DNA of 64,000 bases from a virus. The position numbers and the translations under genes are program-made. The stretch is from the IMG/VR virus record IMGVR_UViG_3300028920_000043, positions 1 through 64,000 of that record. One strand, written 5' to 3'. This document shows, one piece after another, positions 45,938 to 54,053 of this stretch (its first letter is position 1; each line of letters starts with the position of its first letter). The notes beneath the pieces are model-generated. The model was not told where the DNA came from. It made no database searches and worked only from the letters and a program-made list of their open reading frames with translations.

Positions 45938-45998
45938 GGCTTTCACGCATGAAAGCTTTTGAACTAGCTCTGTCTTAAAACTTTCACGCATGAAAGCC
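45938..45998. repeat. Dispersed palindrome, copies 7 and 8 (cores 45940-45955 and 45981-45996)
   Basis: Two cores 41 bp apart; linker CTAGCTCTGTCTTAAAA nearly identical to that of the 13.8-kb pair. Confidence 0.9.
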
Positions 45999-46172
45999 GC
46001 ATAAAATAACTATTTTATCCGGTCATGCCTAACAAACTACCCGGTTTATTATGATTAAAAAATAAACGACCCACTCAGACCGTCTAGGCTTCTCCGTATT
46101 GCATCAATGACAAATCACTCAAGTATCGAAAAGCAGCGCGAAATACCATAGGATTTCGCAGGATTTCCCGCA

Positions 46173-48593
46173 CTATAGTACCGGCTCTCCGTTCAACGAT
46201 GTAACCGGGGCTGGTGCGCGTCCATCAAGATCCGCAGTATAGACATCTGTGTTTCCGTCATTCACCGTTCCGCTTGCGCGTCTTGCTCTAATCACAAACT
46301 GCCAGACCTCATGCTCTGCTGCTGTCAATCCACTTTCCGTATGCTCATAGAAATTGACACCATCGGAATACGCAACAGTGAAGAGTGGCGTATTATAATC
46401 TATCGTCCCAGTTCCACTGTCCGTGTAAACTGCAAAGTCCTCTGGTAGTGGTCGTGAGAAATCAGAAAAGTAAGCCCATGAAAAGTACGCTCCACCGTTT
46501 GGCCTTGCTTCAACATATAAATCAGTTGAGCCCACATCCGACCGATCTATCTCCTCATGAGGAAAGCCAGGCTTATTAGGCGGCTCGGTATCCGGAATCC
46601 ACAATACATGGCAATCCGTATTTCTTTCTATATGTCCTGCCGAATCCACTGCCCTTAATCCAAACCCCCATCCACCATTTGCCAATACTGGCGATGTCCA
46701 TTCCTGCACTCCCGCACTGACTTGATCTACAACGGTTCCCCAATCCGGAGGAGCATCATCTACTCCGGCATTATCATAAATATAAATCTTATCCAGATCG
46801 GAATCGGTTGGATCGATCCATGTTATCTTAATCTTTGGTCCCGCGATCTCCTCAAGAACTACATTGGTGACCGGTTCCGGAAAAGAATCAATCGTTACTG
46901 AAATATCTTTCACCGTGCTTTCGTTTCCTACTTCATCCACAGCAACGACTCGAAACTTATACGTGCCATCATCCAAATGCTCAGTCAAATGATAATATAG
47001 GACCCATTGAATCTCATAGACTATTCTTGCATCTTTCGATACTTCCAAATCCCTAGAATAGGCCAACTCCCCATCCCGGTGCATTTCCAAATCTGTTTCA
47101 AACAAAAGATCCGCAGTCTTGTCCAGGAGAGTATTCAAAGCATAGGCCATTTCTCCATCTGCAGTCTCTGTGAATCCTGCGTACTTGTAAACTACAGAAC
47201 CGTCCTTTTTCAGAGATCCTAAATAATCATAAGATATCTCTCCGTCTTCCTCAAGCTCTATAGAATAAGGCTCAGTTGATGGAGTAAAGCTTGCGATATG
47301 ACGAGCGATTCCATTGGAGAATCTAATCTCGTCATAGAATCCATCCATGGCTGAAAGCACTCCACCGTCAGATGTGGTGATGTTTGGAAATCTAAACTCG
47401 CCTGAGAAGTTAGAAAATGTTATAGAGAGTGGTGCCGTTCCAAGAAGATCACCATCCTTGAAAGCATACACAGTATTTCCAAACCGACAGATTTCAAAAT
47501 GTACCCACTCTTCTCCTGATCCAAACCCTGGTGACCAATCAATGCCCACTCCGAAAGGCGTATCCGCGGATTCTCCGTTTACAAAAATATCAGAATTGCC
47601 ACCAGCATTATAAGGGTAAACATAAATATAATTAGCAGCATCTTGTCTTTGGCTGAAGCCTGCCACTCTATCATCAGTTGAGTACAATGGGTAGAACCAA
47701 AAATCAATCGTCCAGTCACCATTCAAAAACCAATCATCAGAATCTGGAATAGCAAAATACGAAACACTGTCAAAGCGTTTCCATAGGGATCCAAGTCCAA
47801 ACTTCTTCACACTCTTAATCAGTTTGGCTTGAGGTAATCCTGATGAAGTAAATACGTGTCCGGTATCATCCGTAAATGGAGTCGGATTGTCTGTTGTTTT
47901 TGGCTGGACTAAAACTTTTGTATTTCCATCAACCGTGAACTTCGTAGTCGGCTTGGAAAAGTTTGTGGTGTATCGAGCATTATCACTAATCCGCAGAACT
48001 GCCATATGTCCTTGCCAGGGTCTTACAATATTCTGCTTTCTTGCAAGATGAAACGTTCCACCACTGAAACTAGGAATGGTATCGGAATCCGTAGCCGTTC
48101 CAATGCTCGTACCATCCACAAACATTTCATAAGACGTTCCTTGCTTCACTACTGCCAAATGATAATACGTGAACTGATTCAAGCTAGTTGCTTTTGAGAT
48201 ATCTATGATTGTTGCACCACCGCTGACCACCGTGAATCTCAGATTAGCCCCATCATACCAAAAGCCCCAAGCATTGTTGTCATCAATTCTATATCCACAG
48301 ATGCCATTATCAACCGGCCACGAAATCGGATTGTAATTGTTGAACACGTAAGTCTCAACCGTAAAGTCTGTTCCGGTGAGATCAAAATCAGAATCGGAAG
48401 GAGAGTTGAATCTATAACCACTGCTGAAGTACAGAATCCCTTCACCGTCCGTGAACGGATGGCGATATGCAGCGCACTGATTTTGACAAGTGACAGCATG
48501 ATCCGAAGTACTGAAATCTTTCAGACTCTGTTGCTTATCGTCTTCATCACAATGAAGAATCAGTTTGGTATATTCATCAATTCCGCCAGCCAT
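46173..48593 (-). CDS. Fibre protein: two LamG/ConA-like domains, 14-aa repeats, FN3-like domains
   Basis: DFTVET..YYHLAVV..FVDG..RIS..ARYT twice; xDG..xY repeats; YKFRVVAVD.VGNES. Confidence 0.75.
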   Translation of the reverse strand: MAGGIDEYTKLILHCDEDDKQQSLKDFSTSDHAVTCQNQCAAYRHPFTDGEGILYFSSGYRFNSPSDSDFDLTGTDFTVETYVFNNYNPISWPVDNGICGYRIDDNNAWGFWYDGANLRFTVVSGGATIIDISKATSLNQFTYYHLAVVKQGTSYEMFVDGTSIGTATDSDTIPSFSGGTFHLARKQNIVRPWQGHMAVLRISDNARYTTNFSKPTTKFTVDGNTKVLVQPKTTDNPTPFTDDTGHVFTSSGLPQAKLIKSVKKFGLGSLWKRFDSVSYFAIPDSDDWFLNGDWTIDFWFYPLYSTDDRVAGFSQRQDAANYIYVYPYNAGGNSDIFVNGESADTPFGVGIDWSPGFGSGEEWVHFEICRFGNTVYAFKDGDLLGTAPLSITFSNFSGEFRFPNITTSDGGVLSAMDGFYDEIRFSNGIARHIASFTPSTEPYSIELEEDGEISYDYLGSLKKDGSVVYKYAGFTETADGEMAYALNTLLDKTADLLFETDLEMHRDGELAYSRDLEVSKDARIVYEIQWVLYYHLTEHLDDGTYKFRVVAVDEVGNESTVKDISVTIDSFPEPVTNVVLEEIAGPKIKITWIDPTDSDLDKIYIYDNAGVDDAPPDWGTVVDQVSAGVQEWTSPVLANGGWGFGLRAVDSAGHIERNTDCHVLWIPDTEPPNKPGFPHEEIDRSDVGSTDLYVEARPNGGAYFSWAYFSDFSRPLPEDFAVYTDSGTGTIDYNTPLFTVAYSDGVNFYEHTESGLTAAEHEVWQFVIRARRASGTVNDGNTDVYTADLDGRAPAPVTSLNGEPVL

Positions 48594-49224
48594 CGTCTAC
48601 TACCTCTTGGAATGCTGTATTAATAACAGAAGCATAAGCCTTTTCTATCTGAACTCCTGTCGGATTCAATTTCAAAAACTTAACTATTCTGTCAATTTCA
48701 TATTTCTTATTTCTCAATATTCTCTCGAAACTGCAATGGAGCACTGGATAAGCTCCATCATTCTCTCGTACCCAATTTATTATCTCCGTATAATCCCTCA
48801 AGCGATTGAGCATCGTCCCACTCAATGGAGCATCGTCAGCGTCTCGGTAGTGTATGGATTGCGCCATTGCAAACACATCTCTCCAGACACAGATGACATA
48901 AGGATTCCTCACTGATGAAATAATCTGCTCTATGTAAGTATAGAGTAACTGATCCTTCCAGCCCCATACGTTGTAAGTTTTGTTTCTTTCTTCAATAATC
49001 GGTTTTATCTTATCACCGATCTCGCTGTGCTTGCCTTCAAAAGCCAATGGGTAACTCTCCCGAGTAAACGTCCAGTCCTCATAATCGTAACCAAACCAGG
49101 ACGGCTCGAACTCTTCAGTCTTTCCCATGAAGATTCCGAGATGATCCATGATCTTCGCCACGCTGGACGTTCCACCCCTACCCAGCCCCATTACTAATAT
49201 AGTCTGACAGTTTGTATTTTCCAT
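48577..49224 (-). CDS. Sulfotransferase-family protein
   Basis: GLGRGGTS (PAPS loop), WGWKD, WRD...AQS, SFE. Confidence 0.75.
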   Translation of the reverse strand: MENTNCQTILVMGLGRGGTSSVAKIMDHLGIFMGKTEEFEPSWFGYDYEDWTFTRESYPLAFEGKHSEIGDKIKPIIEERNKTYNVWGWKDQLLYTYIEQIISSVRNPYVICVWRDVFAMAQSIHYRDADDAPLSGTMLNRLRDYTEIINWVRENDGAYPVLHCSFERILRNKKYEIDRIVKFLKLNPTGVQIEKAYASVINTAFQEVVDDGWRN

Positions 49225-49783
49225 TATCGAAATCAACCAATCTCTTTCTGTTGAACCCAACCAATGCCTTCTCAACTCTACTCTCATCAATATCCAAAAA
49301 CGCCAACATCTTTTCAACTTCTCGTTTCGGATTCCGTATTAAGCGCTCGAAGCTCAATAGTAAAAATGGATACGAACTTTCAGAAATGAAATCCAAAATC
49401 TTTTGATATATTACCAAACGACTTCGGATGAACGATTTTGGAACATACTTAACCTTGTCTCTGTTTGTAACCGAATCAAATGCCGCTATAGGATCTCTGA
49501 ATACAAAAATCAATCTTGGGTTTCTAATCTCGTGAATAATCTCCAATCGATTAACCAAGAACGGATCCTTCCAACCCCAAATGTCAAACTGTTTATTCCG
49601 CTCTTCAATCTTAACGCGCATCTCATCCAGACTCTTTCCTACAAAATCTATATCCTCGAAATTTCCAGCCTCCTTGAATTGATAACCAAAGAATAATCCG
49701 GCACTGATGAGTATGCTGGCAATGGCAGAAGTGCCACCTCTTGCCGTTCCAAGAATAACAATTGTCTTTTCGTTAGTCAACAT
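49178..49783 (-). CDS. Sulfotransferase-family protein
   Basis: GTARGGTS, FED, WGWKDP, FRDP...S, SFERLI.NP...L.FL. Confidence 0.8.
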   Translation of the reverse strand: MLTNEKTIVILGTARGGTSAIASILISAGLFFGYQFKEAGNFEDIDFVGKSLDEMRVKIEERNKQFDIWGWKDPFLVNRLEIIHEIRNPRLIFVFRDPIAAFDSVTNRDKVKYVPKSFIRSRLVIYQKILDFISESSYPFLLLSFERLIRNPKREVEKMLAFLDIDESRVEKALVGFNRKRLVDFDNGKYKLSDYISNGAG

Positions 49784-52700
49784 TTACCAATACATCATCC
49801 AATAAAACATCAGGCGTTCCCCCTTGTCCCTGATCCCAATAAATACGATACTTAACAACATCCCCGGAATTAGATCCTTGCCACGTCAGAAATGCTTTAT
49901 CACCCACTTGAGAATAATCGAAAGTTCTGGTACTCCAGGTAAACGGTTTGGCAATTACATCTATAATATACTTGCCTCCGCGTGCCATGCCTCCTATTAC
50001 TCGTCTGAAATCATCTTCCTCTTTTATGTTCTCTGCATACAGCGCACCATTCCGATACACGTCAAATAATACTTGCCCTGCATACCCCGCTGGCTTGCTC
50101 GTGTAGTCCCAGGTTGCTATTACTGAATCTTGCGAAGCAGGATGTTGAATTACTTTTATCCAATCCATCCACTCCTCTATCATATCATACACGAAAGAAC
50201 CGTCCTTCACCGCGGACTGATTGTACTGATACAGCAAGTTTCCATCTTTGTAAAGGGGCCCAGTATACATGTAAAAGATCGGACCGTCTACCTGTAATAA
50301 TTGAATCAACTGATAGGCAAATGCTCCATTCTTCGCCACATCCAGAACTGTATCGTACACGATAGAACCATCTTTTATCAACGTCCCCTTGTAGGCATAT
50401 GCTATATTGCCATCGATCTCGAACCGGTTGATTATATCATATAGAATTCCACCATCTTTTTTGATGTCATTTAGAATTCTATAGAGTACTTGCGCGTCTT
50501 TGATGGGAACGCCTGAATATCGATATAATAGACTTCCATCTTTCACCACTGACTTAACATAATCATAAAGTACTTGTCCATCCTTCAGGTACTCATTAAT
50601 ATACTTGTAAAGAATTCCTCCATCGGCATGTGGGTATTGTTGATAGTAGTCATAGACAACTTCAGCATCCTTTACCAAATTGGAAAGATAATCATAAACA
50701 ACTTGACCGTCCTTACTTAATTCTTTTAGAATCTCATATAGTATATCGGAATCTTTTGAAAGCTTAGAATGATAGTCATATAGAATTGGTCCATCTGATT
50801 TTATCTTCCCATCGTAACCATATAAGATATCTCCATCACTTCCTATGAAGACATCCCCAATAGCGTAAGTAATAGGACCATCCGATGTCCACTCTTTTGT
50901 GTATTCAGAATTCGGTGGCGTAAAATCGGAAGTCCATCGGGCGATCCCTTTGCTGATCCGCGGTTCGTCTATCCTTCCAGCCAAATAATTCCCATCCCAG
51001 CGTCTGCCGTAGTAAACACCATTCATATCCACGCTGTTCGAATTCGACCAGTTGGATCCCTTCTGCACGCCATCCACAAAGAATTTAACGGTGCCGCTGG
51101 TCCTTATCATCGCCATGTGCATCCATTCGCCTATTTTTATATCTGAATCAGAAAACTTTGTTGACGATCCTCCCAGCATAACATCCCACCGATTACCCGC
51201 CTTGAATGGTTGAATATAAAGTTGATTGCTGGTAATAGAACTGATGAACATATCAGTGGCGGCTTGGGCGTCCAAAAGTAGCCACCCTTCAACTGTGAAA
51301 TCTCCTGTTCCAAAATTCCAATCATCGTGGTCGGCAATAGAAAGATAATCGGTGGTGCCATCAAATATACACGATCCTCTCCCAAATCTTCCGCAGGTTC
51401 TTACTTTTACATTTCCATAAGGTCTCAATGCTCGATTGCTGCTAGAGCTATCAATTACACCGCCACCATGTATTAATAACTTTGTGTAGGAATCAGCAGT
51501 GTACTTTGATGTTTCTGGTGTAAAGCCTGAAGTCCATCTGGCTATCCCTCTTGAGACTCTAAACTCCGTAATTCTGCCGGTCAAATCCATCGTACCGTTT
51601 CCCCACTCTCCTATTTTCTTTGCTTCATCCTTAGTCACGATACTACCAGAAACAGTAATATCAATATCCTTAACCCCGTTTATGAACGTCATCCAATTAT
51701 TACCGTTTCTAACAGCGGCGAAATGATTCCAAGTATTCAAGGTTAAGGAGGTAGACCCTATACCATTACCGCCCGGATCCGCATTTATTAAATTCCATGA
51801 ACTCCCGTTACCAGATACCCAAAGATTAATATTTCGCGTTCCTTGATAATGATAGTCAAATCCAAACCAGTAATCTGTCGATCCAGCAAATAGAGCGAAT
51901 CTGCCTTCTACCGTTGGATAAAACCAGAAATCAACGGTTAAGTCGTCTGATCCAAAATCAAAATCAGGAAAGTTTCTTATGGACAAATAATCATTGGATC
52001 CGCTAAAAATCATCTCCCATTGATTATCCACTAGAGGCTTCGTTACTTTTACATAAGCATCTCCGGAACCAGTAATCGTATGGGAAGACCCTGATGAATC
52101 TTCCGGTGTCGTATCGCCTTCCACATCGTTGGCGTGGATTAATAGTTTTGTGTAAGAATCAGAAGAATATTGAGTGGACTGTGGTGTAAATGCGGAAGTC
52201 CACCTAGCCACTCCTTTGGAAATTCTTATCTCGGTCAGATACCCTTTGAATACTCTGGAGGAATAATACGCGTCCCTACCAATCCCTAATAAGCTGTTTG
52301 GATCGTTTACAGAACTGCTTCCAATATCTGAAGAAGCACTTCCCGTTCCCATAGCAACGCCATTCAGGTAAGCCGTAACGGTGGAGCCATTTCTTACCAG
52401 AGCTATGTGGCTCCAAGCATCGAAAGTGACATTCTCTGCATCATAGGATCCGTAATCATCGGATCCAGAAAAGACAACCACTCTCCATTTACTTGAAGTA
52501 TGTCCTATAAAAATTCCTATAGTTGTATTACCAGAACCGGATCGAGTAGTAAGAATGTACGGATCGGATGCCCCCGATATAGGATATACCAAGAAATCTA
52601 AAGTGAAATCACCTGAACCCAATTCCCAATCTGCCGAATCTGGTGTAGTAAAATAATCTCCAGTTCCATCAAAAACCAGTATCCCTTTACCATCATTTAG

Positions 52701-53498
52701 CGGATGTGTTTTATCTGAATAAACATCTCCAACGGTTGTTACAAAATGTCCAGAATCACTTTCGTCTTTTGCGGCAACTGTCAGGTCTGGTTCATCAGTA
52801 TGGATTAATAGTAGTGTATTGGCATCTTCTGCATACTGTGAAGTCTCTGGAGTGAAACCAGACGTCCAACGGGCTATATCGGAAATTCGCATTTCCGTGA
52901 TATACCCTTTATAATATCCATTTCCGCCATCCCATGTAGCCCATCCAAGTCTAACAGAACCACCATAAGCCAAATCCAAATCGGTCGAAATACTAGAATC
53001 AGAATCTTCCAAAGTACCATCTACAAATAGGTAAAGATTACTTCCACTCCTTACCACTGCCACATGATGCCAAGTCCCAGTAGCGAAAGTATTCGTTGAT
53101 GTTAAAATTGGGTCACCTTCTGGTTGCCAATGAACACTTACCTTTTGAGCTTGTCCAACATTATTGTATCGAATAGCAAACCCATTAGCCCAACCGCCTT
53201 GAGTTGCTATAAAACTAGGATAGTTTGCAGAAGATCCATCGTCCTTAAACCAAAAGTCAATCGTAAAGGCATTGCTTCCAAAATTAAAATCATCCGAATC
53301 TGGTATGTGAAGATAGTCACCGGACCCATCAAAGTACAAAGCACCCCTCCCGTCCAATAAAGGATGGGAGAAGTGCTGTGCATCTCCATTTGCAGTTATG
53401 GTATGATTTTGTCCCGAGTAGTCTTGGAAATTCTGACCAGCGTCGGGACCATTGAAATGATCAAGAAGTTTCGTGTATTCATCGATTCCTACAGGCAT
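49773..53498 (-). CDS. Fibre protein: four LamG/ConA-like domains, about 17 x 14-aa repeats, partial FN3
   Basis: Four FDG..DY..FT.DFW..W.H.A.VR.G..RISKG.ARWT units; KDG..LY repeats. Confidence 0.8.
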   Translation of the reverse strand: MPVGIDEYTKLLDHFNGPDAGQNFQDYSGQNHTITANGDAQHFSHPLLDGRGALYFDGSGDYLHIPDSDDFNFGSNAFTIDFWFKDDGSSANYPSFIATQGGWANGFAIRYNNVGQAQKVSVHWQPEGDPILTSTNTFATGTWHHVAVVRSGSNLYLFVDGTLEDSDSSISTDLDLAYGGSVRLGWATWDGGNGYYKGYITEMRISDIARWTSGFTPETSQYAEDANTLLLIHTDEPDLTVAAKDESDSGHFVTTVGDVYSDKTHPLNDGKGILVFDGTGDYFTTPDSADWELGSGDFTLDFLVYPISGASDPYILTTRSGSGNTTIGIFIGHTSSKWRVVVFSGSDDYGSYDAENVTFDAWSHIALVRNGSTVTAYLNGVAMGTGSASSDIGSSSVNDPNSLLGIGRDAYYSSRVFKGYLTEIRISKGVARWTSAFTPQSTQYSSDSYTKLLIHANDVEGDTTPEDSSGSSHTITGSGDAYVKVTKPLVDNQWEMIFSGSNDYLSIRNFPDFDFGSDDLTVDFWFYPTVEGRFALFAGSTDYWFGFDYHYQGTRNINLWVSGNGSSWNLINADPGGNGIGSTSLTLNTWNHFAAVRNGNNWMTFINGVKDIDITVSGSIVTKDEAKKIGEWGNGTMDLTGRITEFRVSRGIARWTSGFTPETSKYTADSYTKLLIHGGGVIDSSSSNRALRPYGNVKVRTCGRFGRGSCIFDGTTDYLSIADHDDWNFGTGDFTVEGWLLLDAQAATDMFISSITSNQLYIQPFKAGNRWDVMLGGSSTKFSDSDIKIGEWMHMAMIRTSGTVKFFVDGVQKGSNWSNSNSVDMNGVYYGRRWDGNYLAGRIDEPRISKGIARWTSDFTPPNSEYTKEWTSDGPITYAIGDVFIGSDGDILYGYDGKIKSDGPILYDYHSKLSKDSDILYEILKELSKDGQVVYDYLSNLVKDAEVVYDYYQQYPHADGGILYKYINEYLKDGQVLYDYVKSVVKDGSLLYRYSGVPIKDAQVLYRILNDIKKDGGILYDIINRFEIDGNIAYAYKGTLIKDGSIVYDTVLDVAKNGAFAYQLIQLLQVDGPIFYMYTGPLYKDGNLLYQYNQSAVKDGSFVYDMIEEWMDWIKVIQHPASQDSVIATWDYTSKPAGYAGQVLFDVYRNGALYAENIKEEDDFRRVIGGMARGGKYIIDVIAKPFTWSTRTFDYSQVGDKAFLTWQGSNSGDVVKYRIYWDQGQGGTPDVLLDDVLVNVD

Positions 53499-53537
53499 CG
53501 TGACTCTCTCCTACGTCATCAGTTTGCTTCCGGATGT

Positions 53538-54053
53538 TTATGACCCGGCTGTCTGGCCTTTAAGTCTCAATGTCGCCGGAACTGACGCGTCTGCCTGAGT
53601 ACCTGCTGGAATCGTTTGCTTCAACCAAACTCCTTGTGCTGATCCGGCAGTCAAGCTGCCACTGTTGGCAACATCGATTGCCGCGCCTTCTGATGGAGCG
53701 TCAGCAAATACGATGTCACTGGGTGCAGTGAGCGGATTGGGAATACTCTTGGTATCATCGAGTGACGATGCCAATCCGATCTGAATCTGCCCAGCGTGCT
53801 CTTGTGCCTGAATCCAAACCTTCGATGCTGTGAGCGGTGTGGTTGCGTTCTTGTTCTTTGCGAATACCTTCTGGAACCGAATCACATCCGAACCGCCTGC
53901 TTCTTGTGCTGCGACTGTATAGAACACCTGACCCAATGTTCCATCCAGCTCTGTCTCTGAACCGTCTTCTCCGCCACCTGCCGGTGCACCATCACTGGGC
54001 GCCATCATTGACGAAAGAATCCACAATAGATCACTTGCGACTACTGGAGACAT
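53538..54053 (-). CDS. Putative virion structural protein
   Basis: AGGAGG before MSPVVASD; beta-rich, L.AG...GVWL motif seen in tail-associated proteins. Confidence 0.55.
   Translation of the reverse strand: MSPVVASDLLWILSSMMAPSDGAPAGGGEDGSETELDGTLGQVFYTVAAQEAGGSDVIRFQKVFAKNKNATTPLTASKVWIQAQEHAGQIQIGLASSLDDTKSIPNPLTAPSDIVFADAPSEGAAIDVANSGSLTAGSAQGVWLKQTIPAGTQADASVPATLRLKGQTAGS

Noticed and set aside
11471-45998. Palindromic repeats as a CRISPR array or as ordinary terminators
   Set aside because: Copies are dispersed with conserved linkers rather than unique spacers, and no cas genes are present; they occur in both orientations and mostly lack a U-tract on the transcribed strand
53499-53537. 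Second intergenic CTGATGA as another hammerhead
   Set aside because: No correctly placed GAAA or stems I and III; the segment is just the RBS region of the fibre gene
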